Assembly (NCBI RefSeq): GCF_022539665.2
Contig: NC_081333.1
Coordinates: 12,338,001-12,402,000 of the forward strand
Length of the DNA stretch: 64,000 nucleotides
Origin: Daphnia carinata
Taxonomy: Eukaryota
Direction: 5' to 3'
This document shows, one piece after another, positions 37,715 through 52,140 of this stretch. Both the position numbers and the translations under genes were made by a program. The notes under the pieces were generated by a model. That model ran no database searches. It was not told the origin of the DNA and saw nothing but the letters and a program-made list of their open reading frames with translations. How positions within the stretch are numbered: the first letter of the stretch is position 1; the number at the start of each line of letters is the position of its first letter.

Positions 37715-40700
37715 CAACAACTTTGTTTGGTTCTTCATCCCGCCATGATGAAAAAAAAAACGCCGAAAGTCGACTACCGGATGTCTTTTGATATCGCGGA
37801 CATTTACCGAGAAAGAGACAGAGAGGGTTCGACGAGAGTTGGGTTGGGAAATAAGGAAAGTTTCAGAAGAAAAAAATGAATGCGTAACAATCAGTCGTTT
37901 TTCTAATGGAGCATTTTTGCGATTTCCTTTTTTTTTTTTTTTTTTAGTCATTTATAAATATTGCGTTATGCACAAGGGAGGCAGAAAGCGAGATGGTAGT
38001 GAAAAGTCGTATTCAAATATCGATGATGACGTCGACTTTGGTGTTTGGTTACAAATGACGTGCCATCCGTTCCGGCGAAAATTAACTAGTTCATTTTTTT
38101 TTTAAGGAAAAGAAAAGCGTTAAATCGCAGAACTTTAAAACAGTATACATTTTTTTTTTTTTTCGTTTCCTTTTGCTTTGAACTTTTTTGGAAATTGGAG
38201 ATTCGTGGGTAGCCAAAACGAGAGAAGATGTGCTGTAATCGGGTGGGGAGAACCGAATGGATATCGTCGACGGGCCAACATTAAATGAGGCAATTTGACA
38301 AGTGCCGTGAGCAGCTCAAGTTAAAAATTATTTTTCAATTTCCTGAAACAAATTTGGTGCTCTGTTTATGTCGTTACGTCATAACTGCCAGATGGGAGAT
38401 CATTGCGTGTACCACACATTTTTCACTACGAGTTTAAAAAAAAAAAGAAACACGGAAAGGCAACAGATTGTGTATCCGGCATGCCAATTCGAGTGTCAAC
38501 ACCCTCGCAGCTGCCGGACGTGAATGTATGTGTGAAATCCTTTTTTTTTTTGTGAATGTCTGCCTCCTAGTATTTTTCCTAAATCACCATCGGATGAAAT
38601 GGAGATTGCCAATCGTGTCATCGAATTAAAAAAAAAAAAAAAAACTAAAAAACACAAAAAAAAATACGTCATATTATAGTAGTGCTTATTTCTAATTCAT
38701 TGATATTTGGACGTTTATGTTGCCTTCACATTTTTGTCGTTGTCTTGTCTGATGCGTCTTTTGTTGTAGATCTCGCTTTGTCGTGCTGCTATTTAATCTG
38801 GGGGATGAGGCTGTTGAAAATACCTTTGCCCCCCCCAACTAATAATTAAATAAAAAACTAAACTTAACCTACCCCCAACCCCGTATGTACATATAGCACC
38901 TCGAGCACAGGTTTATATATTTTTTACATTTCGTTCCCTTTATTTGCTCCCCCCGCCCCATGTTTATTAACATACCGATCTTATACGCGTTTGTGTTATG
39001 CTTTACATCCCCGCCCAATCCCCTTTTCGTCCTGCCATATTAAACAACAAATACAATGAACATTTTTTGCGATTTCTAAACATATCACTGCGCTGGATTG
39101 CGCATGTCCTTGGCCAATTTTCGGTGGACTGTACAATTTCAAAAAAGGAATTTTTTTAGCTGCACGTTACGTTTGAACATCCGGATTTGTGAGGAAATCT
39201 AAAAGCGGAACAACTCGTTACCTAAACTACCGTGACGTTTACCACTCACGGTTCAGGGAAAATGGCAATAATAAAACAAAATCATGCAAATAAAGCTTCG
39301 CAAAAAGAAAGAGGGGAAAATTCGCCGAGCAGAAAACGTGTAATTGTTTTTAACCCAAACCAAACTAATTGGCAAAACGATTGCGGTCCTCATTTTGGTT
39401 AGTTTCGGTTGTTTTGATTTTTTTTTTTTAAACCCACAAAAAAAGGGAGAAACCCCTAAATGTAAAGAAAACATTTATTATTATTATTTTTTAGCCAAGA
39501 AAAAAAAAAAAAACAAGTCACGATTTAGATGCGTTGCGACATCCATGTCGACCCTCCAAGTAAATGCAGAAGCGTTCACGCGTTTAGCTGTTCAGTGCAC
39601 CGTGACGGAGTTTCGAAACACAAGATGTTACCCATTGATCATAAGTGACTAATGAATTTACGTCCCGTTCTTCTTTTTTGTGTCATTTCTTATTGAAATC
39701 AGACCGCGTGCAACGGTTTCATTCTGGTACAGACCTGATAAAAGAAAAAAAAAAGGGGGGGGGGATGGGAGCATGAAAGTGAAAATGGACTTGACTGTCA
39801 GTTTTGTGCTGGAAGGATTAGAAAGTAAAATGAAAAATTGTACCATCCGCGCACGTGCAAACCATGAAGCATTCGAGTGGTTGGTTGTCCAGATGTGCTT
39901 GATGACGTTTGGATGATAATGCTGCCCAAAAGACTGCAGCCTTGTTGCCATAATCCGCAATCGATCACTGACTCGCCATTTTTTAAAATTTGACATTTAA
40001 GACGTCGTTGGTTGATCTTTAACCACGTCATTTGGCAACCGAGTCCCCCCATTGAATGCAATCCACTGTTAGATAGGCGATATGGCCATGAAGTGTCTTG
40101 ATATGGAAATTTGAGGAATGTCCGACTGCTTCGTCAAAGTTCTCAGCTGCTCAGCTGCGACCAACACGTGGTTATCGAATGGGCCACCAGCGGCGCTGGC
40201 GTCGGTGTCAGATGTGTCAGTGGGCCCAAGACGTGAGAAGAACAAGAGCAAAGAGTAGGACACAGAGCGTCATATCAACAATCGTTCCGAGATTGGACTC
40301 AAAGTCGTTGACTCGTGCCATTCCATTTAGCCAAGTCTTTCTCCTCGTCGAATTGTCTGCCAGAAATTGTGTTTCCACTACGCCTTCGATTCGAGCCAGT
40401 CAACTGATTCTGTTCCGAGGTCCCAGCCGATTGTTGATGGGTGTCACAGCTACTTCATTCCCACCGTTCGCCTATTCGCCATGCATTGAACCCATTCAAC
40501 AACAACAGCAGGTATGATTTCATTACTTTTTCATGTGTCATGTCTTAAAAAAAGAACTAAACGTCTGCCCTCGAACTTTCCCCTTGAAAAATCGCAATGT
40601 TGTGGTATTTGTACGTCTGGTGGCAGACGTAAGCCAAACGACTATCAGTCGTTTTTTTTTATACCGACAACACACTGTTTCTCCTTGTTTGTCTTTGTCG

Positions 40701-43700
40701 AGTTTATTATATACGTCGTGCGGTTGGAGTAGGCCATGCGTGTTTATGCATCGTATGGGAAAATCTGTTTCTAAAATAAGCCTGATTAAGTCGTAACCAC
40801 CGGTTGTTCAAATATCATGACCGCCATCTGTTTACAACTTCAAAATACCCTTCGATGATTTAACGATTAAAAAGGAACAACAACAAAAGAAAAAAAAAAA
40901 AAAAAACTGACCAAACTCAGAACAACATGCACATATCGAGGAGAATATTAAAACGAAATGCATATCTATCGTGAGGGTTCATTTGTTTGTCGTTTGGCGT
41001 GACTGTCGTAACATTGTCGATGAATTTCGACGTAAACGACGGGCGGAACCGTCGGCTTTTCGTCCGTCCCTGTGTCTGTTTCAGCATAAATGTCAGTTCG
41101 TATAATCTGGAATCGATGCTTTAATACCTTGTGCAGCTGGTTCAATAGAATCGTACACATTTCTCTCTGTTTCATACGGGGAAGTAATTCGTTCGAAGCC
41201 AGTGCACCATGTATGTACAGGTGAAAAATTAGCGGCGCGTAAATGATTGACAGTCTCCCTTTTTTTTTTTGGTTCACGATGACACATACGCCACTCTTGA
41301 ACATACAATCAAAACAGCTGTTTAGTTGTCAGTTGTATTGTTCTGTACGCCAGGGCAAAGGGGGAAAAGAAAAAATTTGGGTAATAAGGAATCAGTTTGA
41401 TTGAATCCTTAGTTCACCTGTGAGCAGCTTAGCTGCAGGTGAGCAGCGGTCCACGCCCGCGTTCTCATTCGTTTTTTTTTTTTTTTTTTTCTCCCGAATT
41501 CATTGATTTTTCTTTTCTCGAATAATCGAACGTATCATGCGATCGTGCTGTTGTTGGTTACGTCACTCGTCTGTTCATCAGGCTGATCCTTGCAACCACC
41601 AGGTTTGGTCCTTTTTTTTTTTCTTCGTTTTATCAAATGTTTCGTGACATCCGTTTGTGAGTTTCACGCGTGATAAGTGCACGTGTACTAGCCATTTGTT
41701 TAGTGCACAGGCTTTACATCGTAAGTCCCCCCTCCTTTTTTTGTTTTTTTAAATACATGCCTGCGTAGTTTAACATTTGCGCACGCCAAGCAACACGTCT
41801 GTAATCGAAAGCAGCCATATCCAGTAAATGGGGCCAAACATATTCACCAGTCCCGCTCGTATCGGACAGTTCTTGGTTAAATTATTTCGACCGAACGTAA
41901 CTGGAAAAAAACAAAAACAAAAACAAAACCGGGCTTGACAATAGTAGCAATATCTGCATTTTCGAAGGTGAAATTGAAGTATCAAGCATATATGCTTTTT
42001 CTCTTGAAGGAAAATTTGAAAATAGAAGGGTAACCGATGAAATGACGGGAGGGAAGGCCTCACGCAGACATTCAAATGCATTTTCTTTTTTCTGCCTCTA
42101 CCCTCCTCTCTTTCCCACTTGGATCTCATTTTATTTCATTTTTACTTGCGACTGTTCTTTTTTGGAGGTCAGCATTGACGTCAGTAGAGTCACGTGACTG
42201 TTGCCTTAGTAACGGGTTGCCTCGCGCGCCGCCCCTTTCGTGTTCGTGTTCCCTTTTTTTTCTCTTCCCATTTCGGTTCGTTTCGAATTCATATTCGAGA
42301 ATTCTCTTCTCGGTATTGTTTTTCCACCCGCGTGACTACCATCAAGTTTCCATTTTTTGACGTCATTTTTTTTTTTTCTTTTTCATCTATATCACATAAA
42401 AGAAGAGAGGCGTCGAGTTATTCGAGAGCGACGAGTACGCACCGCACAATTGTTGCGGCTTCCTGGAACGATTCCCGCTGGCCGTTTAATAAAAAAAAAA
42501 CACCGAAAAAGAAGAAAGAAAAAACCTGTTGAATGTCCCAATGGTTTTTCTTTTTCTCCTGCCCCCCCCCCCCTTTTTTTTTTCTGAACGCGTCAAGAAA
42601 AAGAAATTTTGAACATGAACCAAAGCTCCCGATAGATTAATTTCCAGACGTATTTGCCGGTAGTATTTCTTTCGTGCAAAAGGAAATGTCTACCGTATCA
42701 GGACGATCGTGGCTTCTTTGTCGTGCATGTATTACACATGCAATAAGCTTTTTTTTTTTTTCTTTTTGTGTGTGTTGCATTCCATTACGTTCTTTCGCAC
42801 AGTCCCGTCCTTTTTGCTTTGGGCGGGCAAATGCGCTCGCGGTCGGTTGCCGATTGACGTCAGCAAACGGCACACGGAGAGAGAAGGGGAGAGAGAGAGC
42901 TCCCACTTGTTGGAGCTTTCTGATAAAAAACAAAACAAAACAAACACGAAAATGTTTGAAGCAGTAGTATAGAACGGGAGAACAAAAAAGAATAAGGCTA
43001 AACAGAAATCATTGACGTCAATTGCAATCCTGTTGAAGCAGTCTTACAAAACAGGTCCCCCCCCCCCCCCACCTCCGCCCAAACGACTTTTTTCCGACCG
43101 TGGCGACCCTTTTTTTTTTTTTCTTTCTGGGTAGTAATAGAAATATGGAGTTTGTGCGAGATAATTTACTTTAATGCGTAATTATAGAAGTTAGTATTTT
43201 TTTCTTTTTTTCTTTGCCTTTTTAAGGGATTCGATTTTTCTTTTGGGTTGTTGTTTTTATCTGCGTTGTGGTTACTATATCGAGCAGTGAAACCGTCAGT
43301 ATATCTCTGATATTAGAATGTGTGTGTTGACGTCGAGCGATAGCTTTCAGGGTTCGTGTTTTCTCTCCCACTAGATTAACGACCGCAGACGGATCATGCT
43401 CCTCGTTACGGTCAATATTGCACCGATAACGAAAGCTACTTTCTTCTTCGCATCGACATTTCAACCGTACAATTTGAACAACTTTTTTTTTTCCCGAGAC
43501 GCGCGTTTATTTTTTTTTTTCCAAGAAAAAAGAAAATAGGGAGAAGGAAAGCGAACATGAAATAATCCAGTTAGCGTCAGCTGGTACCAACTTTCGGTTA
43601 AAGAAAACTAATGGGAAAAGAACGCAACATTGAAAAAGATAAAAACAAAACAAAAACCTTAAAAAGAAAAAAAAAAAAATGAACAGATATGTCGAGCTCA

Positions 43701-44273
43701 TCATTTCGAAAAGAAAAAGAGAAAAATGTCGAAAACGGGAGATGAATGTGAAGGTGGTAGCGGTGGCGGTACTGGTATTCCCGAAAAACCCGTGCAGCCG
43801 CCGTGAAAGCCAAAGTCCCGCACGTTTCAGTTCACCATTGGCTTGTCAGCTCTCGTCCCGAGCGCACGCGATTTTTCAGTCATTCCCTTTTTCATTTTGT
43901 TCATTCCATTTTTTTTTTATTATTCTTGTTATTCTCTTTTTTTTTTTTTTTTTGCTTCTCTCTCCTCGCAACTGGTAGTGTCACACCCCGAATCATTTGT
44001 CAACGTGTACAACTGTTTTGCTTTCGTCCCTTTTGACAGACATTTCGTTCAGTCGTTCGTTTACATTGAAACATTCTCTCGCCCCCCCCCTCCCACTCAC
44101 TTCGCGTGTGGCGATTTCGACATGGACATATCCGGCTCCAGTGATTAAGAGCGTAAACGTTTCCAATTCAAGTGTCGTTGTTTGTGCGCGTTGTGTGTCG
44201 ACATCGTCGAACGCGTCATTTCTTCGTTTTTGTTGTTCGAATAAAAAGAAATCGACACTTCCGTCCGGTCTTC

Positions 44274-47200
44274 ATGAAAACATCGGTGACTCGTTGCCAA
44301 GATAGTTTGACTTCGGGTGATTGGCACACGCGTTTCGGCCACTTGACTGGCGCGCTCGCTACGTTGGCGTATCCCCGGAGACGGGAATTTGCGCAGCGCT
44401 CCCGCGGACACGATCCAATTCAAACAGTTTTGTCTTTGGCGCGAATGGAGGTCGAACAACGGTTCCCAAGGATGCAGCTAGTGAGAAAAGCCGCTGAACA
44501 GTACCAGCGTCTTATTATGGATTGTACTCGACCTACTCTAGCCATCCACCAGCAGCAGGTAAAAAACGATACACGCAAAAAAAAAAAAAAAATGACGGAC
44601 ATTCAATACAAATAAAACCGATTGAATGTCAAAGGTATTTGTTGCGTGCAACGGGACGAACAAAAAAAGGATCCAGGACAATTTTTTTTTTTTTTTTTTT
44701 TGGTTGGTGTCCGTGACAGCGGATAACAACCAATTGATCTTACCCAATCTGTTAGATAACAGTTTGTCCTCTTTGGTTGTTACGCAGACGCCATAATCAA
44801 AAACTGAACAGAGAGAAGTGGCCATTTCTTTCTTTTTTTTTTTTTTTTTTTTTTTTCGAACGTCATTCAACGACTAACAAACTTAGGGGAGGACCCAGTT
44901 CTTTTTCCTGCTAAAATCTTTCAATAAATTTTAGGGGCGTCTTGGTCTATTCGTGCGAAAGAAAAGGTGCATTCGACACAGATTTCCTTTTAGGCAAAAA
45001 CTGTTTTTATCTCTTGAATGTTTTATATTTCAAAAAAAAAAAAAAAAATACGCAATTGGCTGCAAAAGAAATGAACAGCAGGAGGTGGCCAGGAGTGAAA
45101 AGTGGATTTTCGCCTGTTTTGCAATTCAAATTTGGTCGACCGTCTGGCCAAAAATAAATAAATACAACCGCAATTATGAGCTCTTTTTTTAGAAAAAAAA
45201 AAAAATAAGTATTAATAACAGCTTATTGTTTTTTATTAGTTGATTATAAACAAACACGGATGTCTAGACAGATAGTATTTTTTTTTTTTTTTTTTTTGCA
45301 TCTCGTCAATGAGCAGACGAAAGGTGCGCGATAGGTGGGCCTCTCCTTCACCTGCAAATATCATCAGACGAGGAATGAAAGAAGAGGTCAACTATTTTAA
45401 ACGCAATACCGGTTTTTGATGAATGAAGTATTTTTTCAGGACCCTGAAACTAATGGAGCATCCGTATCCGAAAAGACACACATACACGCAAAAAAAAATC
45501 ATGTTACTTTTCAAACGTTTATCTGATTCGTTCCGCCCTTCCTTTTCAAGTAGTCAGCTGTTTTTTTTTTTTTTTCGATAACTGGTTATTTTCAATGCGT
45601 GATGAATGAATGGCCTTTAATGTCCGGCTCAAAAGTCGCAGCTTGTTTGTTTATCCCATGCGAGCCCATCATTCTTTTTTAGCGGTGAGCGAAAGTGTTC
45701 TGGCCATACTCGTGCGCAAGAGGGGAAACAAAAAAAACAACAACGAATTCTTATCTCTTGTAGGTTCGTCTTTTGTCTGTTGGCCCTGGGACTCGATGTA
45801 TTCGGGAGGGCGTCGCCTTCTTCGTTTACGGTGTCTGTTCTTGTCAAAAAGAGAGAAAATGCAATTTTTTTTTTTTAAGCGTTTCGAAAGAGGAGGGTCT
45901 ATAATTGGCACACTGCCAACTTTATGTCGTACTATTAGCCGTCACTTGTTTCCAGTTCCAAATTGGGAAGACGAGTAAAACAAGAGAAACGTTACAAACA
46001 CCATAAGGCGGATGATGATTATTTATTTATTACTCACTTTTTCTTTTTTTTTTTTTTTTTTTTCTATTTTTTATTTCGTTTGCCCTTTCGTCCTTAAGTA
46101 ATCATTTAGAAAAGGGGAAAAAGAAAAAAAAAAAAAGAAAAAAAAAAAGACGATCAAAAATAATGTCTCCTTCTGATCGACCTTGCCCTGCTTTGGTGTC
46201 TATACTCCAACGGTTCCATCTATCTTGTGTTTTCTATTTCCTTCGATCTCCTTTTTTATATGTGTGTGTTTTTTTTTTATTTGCTTTTTTCTTTTGCTTT
46301 TTTTACACTTGTGCGTGTGTAACGTTGTCTGCAGCGAAGACGGCCATCACGTCCACCGTTCCATACCAGTCACGTAGACGAAACATTCATTCAAATGGTT
46401 TCATCGCTTAATTTTACGTTTCTCCATTTATCTATGATATTTTATTTTGTTGCTTTTTCGACATCGTCTTTCTCGAACACGTAAAGAGAAAGGGAGGACG
46501 AAAAAAAAAAGAGGCTCTTATTTATTAGTTTCTACTAGCAATAATTGTCATGTAGAGATAAAATAGAAAGAAAAAAAAAATGGGACGTTCAACTTGTTGC
46601 CATCCATTTCGCTTGGCTTTTGAAAGCAAGGTGATTATTTTTTTTTCATTCACCGAGTGCATTACTAGTTTCATATGAGATTCTCAAAAGTAAAAGGTGC
46701 AATGTTGCACCGTAAACCCGTCAAGATATCGAATCCGTTTTAATGTGACGGTCCACTTGTGGGGGGGGGGGGGGGGCGTACGGAGACGAGTCATGCGGTG
46801 CATAACCTTCACTGTACATAGATAGCGAAAGGATAGGGTTTTTTTTTTTTTTTTTTTTTGTTGTTGGACATTTTATTTGCTAATCGTTAAGACCACCATT
46901 AAGAAACGCTTAAAAAGTTCTTTTATTTGGGTCGCCAAGGCAAAGCCCAAAAAGAAAACAAAATTAGGAAAACAAATTCACATCCAAAAATTTGAATGAA
47001 CCGCCGAATGGCTCGTGACACGTCCAACCAGGCGCGCGTGACACCATTCGACTTTGTTGGGGATTCAGGAGGGAATCGTGATTAGGCCCAAGTCGCACGA
47101 CGTCCAATATGGAAATGTGTGTCCGGTGCGCGGTGGCTTTTCTGGGCAAGGCTAAAAACCGGATTGAATCAGTTGTGAAACTCACGAAGCGTTTTTAATG

Positions 47201-50200
47201 GTTTTGAAAAGATTTTTGACCTCCACGAAAAGCCGAACGATTTAAAAATACAGTATATAAAAAAAAAAGAAAAAAGAAAACTGCGACACAACAAAACCGG
47301 ACTCGTGATGTTTTCACGTTTTGGCGACCGTTTCTGCTGCATTGGCAGGAGTCAAATAGGTTTTGCGCGTTAATTTGCCACTGAGAAAGATGAGACAGGC
47401 ACGTTTTCATCTATTTTTAATTTTGCAATTGGAAACACATACTCATCGGCTAGGAATGTACGTTACGCAAAAAAAAAAAACAGACGATTCTTTGCTTCCG
47501 GTCTATCGTAAAAATTTTTTGCTTTCGTTTTGTATTTTTTACCGTACAATTTTTCGTGACGTACGCAAATGAGAATGCGAGCTATGGTTGCATGTGAACG
47601 AAAAATCCAAACTTATGTCAAGGGGTACGGCACAGATATCAACCTGCAACTAATCAACATACTGAATATCAGATAAGATGAGGCTATATCTAACGTTGAC
47701 ATATTTCTCCTTTTGTTTTCTTTGATGACGGTGACTGACGCAGTCGGTCCGCGATGCGAACGGATCGGCGACGAGTATCCAGCAGCACAAACGAGTCGGA
47801 GGAGGAACAGCCACCAAACACGGGATAGCCAACCTGAGGAAATGGCGGCCAAGTAGAAACGGATTCAAAGCATCTGGCGTCCCGGCATCTACGACAACAC
47901 ACATATCAGCCAAAGCGGACAGCAGCGCCAAGGACAGTCCAACAACCGGACGTCACACCTGTTACCACGGCGACATGACCATGTTGCAGCTTCTCGCCTT
48001 TGTAATTTTCATTTTATATTATTATCATTATTTTAAAGCTCATTTATTTATTTTTTTTTCATATTAACAAATATTTGAATACGTCAATAACGTAATCTTT
48101 CTGTGAGGGGGAGTCTCCTGCTCTGGTTGAAATGTCTCATTGACATCACCATAATCTCTTTCCATTGACCACTGATTAACTCATTTCCTGGATGACCCAT
48201 TTTTTTCTTATCCATTTCGGCCTAATTGTTAATGACGGGCATCCTGTTTGCCACTGGCCGGACCATATTAAACCACCCTCCCTTTTAAAAAAAAAAAAAA
48301 AATAGCCCATGATGTTTAATCAGCCTTTTGATAGTGCAAGCCATTAATTTTGCGCGCGATATGGGAAAATCCTCTCTCCCTATAAAGAAAAAAACAAAAC
48401 AAAACAAGCATCGTGACATCACACGCCAGATTGGGTTACTGTAGTTCTTATCACATCACGTCCGCTGTTGGTGGAGGATTACCACAAGGACGACTGACAG
48501 TGCGTTGGATATTTTACGAGACTCTTTCGCGTCCATCGTATCTTTTTATACACACAAAATACGTCATTCCCAGCCGGGCTGAAATAACTCCATCATTGTA
48601 TTGCGATGGGAAATTGAGGGGGACCCTTTCTTTTCAAGCTCCGTGATTCTATGCATTACGGAAGCATCTAGTGAAAACTGCATCGTAATCCCATTTCCGC
48701 ATCGTGTTCGTTGTAAAAAAAAAAAAAAATTTCAAAAATGCGCAGAGAGAAAAGAAAAAGAAAAATTCGAAAAAAAAACAAACAAAACAATGGAAAGAAT
48801 GATGCGAATCGAAACCAAGGGGAAATCGCTTTGCAATTAAAAACAACAATATTAATTTGAAAAAAAAGAAATGAGACCGAGAATCACAAGTGTTTCAGCT
48901 TGCGGTTAACGTTCATTTTCTTCTTTTATTCTTACTCGTGGTACATTAAAACAGTTTGTCTAGCTGTAATCAAAGGGCCTCCCCATTCCCCCCCCCCCCC
49001 TTTAGTTTTGTGGTTTCACTTGTTTTTTTTTTTTGCGGTAATTTTTACGATACGCTACGTAATTTGTGCTTCAGTTTTTATTTTTGACGGGGTCTTGTTT
49101 TCATGTCCAACGTGCGTCCCCCTTTTTTTTTTCTTTCTTCTCTTCGTTGTTGTCTGTGGCTTTGACTCTCATGGTCTCGTTCTGATTCTGCCTTTTGAGG
49201 CTAATTGAAATCAGAGAAGCGTTTGTTTTTTTAGACTTAACGATTCACATCTCGCGTTGTGTAACGTGAAGGTTAAAATTTCAGATAAGAAAGAAACATG
49301 AGCATCTTATTTAATTCGTTTCTTTAAATTTTTAGAATGCGCTCGATCTGTCAGCGCCGGCCACTGACGTCCTGTTGAAAAATCGGCGCTCGTCTTGGGT
49401 TCAGTTGTCGGGTCATCCGGGCTCGTTTGCTCCGGCCGGTCTCGGAACCTTATGGAAGAAACAAGGCTCCGACAACAACGAGCAAGTTGTTTACGAGGCT
49501 CTCATGAAGGACTCTGCTAGCGACATCGTTCCCAAGTATTATCGCGACGTCAGCTACCAAGGCGAAAGTAATTTTCATCATTTTTTACAGTTTAACTTTG
49601 TTCGTCTTTTGTTTGCCTTTTCTTCTTATCTCCGTCTCCCTTTTTTTGTGTGTGTTATAATTGGCCCTCTATCGGCGCATCCGGTCGAAAGGATACGTCA
49701 AATTAATAATGCCTCCGCTTTCTTTCGCAATTCCAGATATAGTTAACGGTGTTTTCCACAAATTTATGTACACATACTTTATGTTTTGAAAAGAAAAAAA
49801 AAAGAATAGTCGAGGAAAAATGTAATAAGCCCGGGGTAGTAGGACAGCGGTGGTTACGGCGGCATAAATTCTTTAGCGACGTCAATGCCGAAAGTGAATA
49901 ACACGGAATTTTTCCTTTCTTTTTTTTTTTTTTTTTTTTTTTCTTTTCTGTTCTTTCCTAATTGTTGCAGGTTTCATCGAAATGCAAGACTTGCTGCACG
50001 GTTTCACCGATCCCAACGTCATCGACATCAAAATGGGAACGCGAACGTTTCTCGAATCTGAAGTTACCAATACAGCGGCCCGATCGGATCTCTATCAAAA
50101 GGTACGCTACAAGAATGCAATGATGCAAAATCTTTTGGTCTCTCCCGTAACATGAAACGATTCCCGCTTTTTCTTTTGGTCCGTCCAGATGGTGAAAGTC

Positions 50201-51170
50201 GACCCAACTGCGCCAACCAGAGAGGAAAATGAGTTGCAGGCCGTCACCAAATTGCGTTACATGACGTTTCGCGAGCAACAGAGCTCGTCTTGCAGCCTCG
50301 GATTTCGTATCGAAGCCATTAAAGTACGTTTCGAATAAGCCAACTGGTGGAACAAAAAAAAAAAAGAGTTTTAAAACATTTATATTTTTTCTATATCTGG
50401 CTTAATTACAGTTCCAAGGCAAACCGCCCGTCAGCGAATTGAAAACGGTGCAGACCCGCGAAGCCGTCCAATCGATGCTAAAAGTGTTCCTCGGCCGGGG
50501 CCCTCATGTCAGGAATCAAATCCTGAGTAGGCTGAAACACATCAGGCAGAAATTTCAGGAATCGCCTTATTTTCAAACGCACGAGGTATACAACGCATTT
50601 TCGTTTGTTTCGTTTTTTTTTTTTTGTTTTGTTTTCGTGGACATCCTTGAGCTCTCTGTTGGCTGAGGTACAAAAAGAGCAAAAACAAAAAGAAAAACCA
50701 AACCCAAAACAAAGAAATGCGTCGGCCATAATTCTAACGTTCTCTCTTTTGTTCTGTCCGACGTTTGGTGAACGATTGGCGGTACCATTTATAGGTTGTC
50801 GGCAGCAGTATTCTGATCATTTACGACAGCCAACACGTCGGCGCTTGGGTGATCGATTTCGCCAAAACCCTCTCGCTGCCTGATGGTGTGAGCGTCTCTC
50901 ACCGACAGCCCTGGCAACAAGGCAATCATGAAGAGGGATGGCTTACGGGTATCGATAACCTCATTCAGGTAATGAAAAAAAAATAAATAAATAAATAAAA
51001 CGAACTCCCACGTAGAATCACGTATTAAGCAAGATTTTATATTAATGATTTCCGTTTTTGTGACCATCTTTAAAACTGTCTTTTCATTGTTTTTATAATT
51101 ATGATTGCAGGATATCGAGGCCCTTCATTGCGATGCATCTAATGCGAAAGAAATGCACCTGAAACGATAA
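44274..51170 (+). CDS. IP3K1: Inositol-1,4,5-trisphosphate 3-kinase (IP3K1-like)
   Basis: Shared exons 47744-48001, 49336-49567, 49971-50101, 50189-50323, 50412-50585, 50795-50968, 51111-51170. First coding exon shown as 44274-44558; alternatives at 40437-40511 and 41537-41602. Motifs [36 protein letters not shown] (PxxxDxKxG), [41 protein letters not shown]. Confidence 0.9.
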
Positions 51171-51922
51171 AATTGATTCGCGAAAAGTGAACGAGGGAGA
51201 AAAATGGAGAGGAAAAAAAAAAACCAAACAAATTTAGGATAATAACTTGCAACGAAATTCTTCCGTTTTTTTTTTTTTTTTTTAATTGGGTTTTGTTGGC
51301 TCTTCCTCATTTGTTCCATGCGGTTCTAAATGCTTATGTAAATTGTAATTGAATGAATTGTATCTTCACGGTTGCCAATGGAACGTCTCTGTATACGCGA
51401 AAACAACACGAAGAAATCAATTTGCAAGTGTGTCCAAATTAGGAAGTCTTTTGATTCCGATTTGTGTGTGTGTGTCTGTGTGTGTGCGTTTGGCCTAGAG
51501 GTCTTTGAAATCACCTTAAAGAAATCCCCACGACCTGTTTTTTTCTTTGTTTCACGTATATCTCCCACCAGTGCGTGCTTGTTGTTCTCTTATCTCCATC
51601 GTATATCGCTTGTGCCTCGAGATGTCCTTTTTCTCGCCGTAAAACACACCTCAAGTTATTTTTCTCGCCAAGGACCAAACAAAAGAACTCCCCCCCCCCT
51701 TCTTCTGCTCCTCCCCCCCCTCAAAAAAAAAAACTAACAACGAAAAAAAAAAAAAGATAAAATTTGAGATCCAACTATCGTAAAACTAAGAATTACGAAG
51801 AAGAAAAAAAAAAATTTGTTGTTGGCATTATCTATTACTGGAACATTTTGTGTTCTACATTTTTTTTGTATTGTATTTTTGCCCACCTCACGAATGGTGT
51901 CCATCCGAGAGACGTGGCCATT

Positions 51923-51953
<31 letters not shown>

Positions 51954-52140
51954 TTCCTGATTTTTTCGTTTATTTTTGTGTTGTTGCCCGTCTTTTTGTA
52001 CGCGGCCCGTCACGAGTGGAGATGAATTGACGACGACGTTGACAATATAAAAAGAAAACCAAGAAAATTGTCATTCGATTTGGAAAGGATGTTATATTTT
52101 AAATCTTGTTGTTTTTCTGTTTTGTGCGTTAGTAGATGAA

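Noticed and set aside
46759..46776. Long poly-G run (also poly-C at ~18717 and ~43037) and abundant poly-A/T tracts
   Set aside because: Homopolymers are pervasive across the window and show no special context.
30077..51170. Adjacency of milton and IP3K1 as a calcium/mitochondrial-transport cluster
   Set aside because: Neighbourhood alone is not evidence of co-function in a eukaryote, and no shared element was seen.
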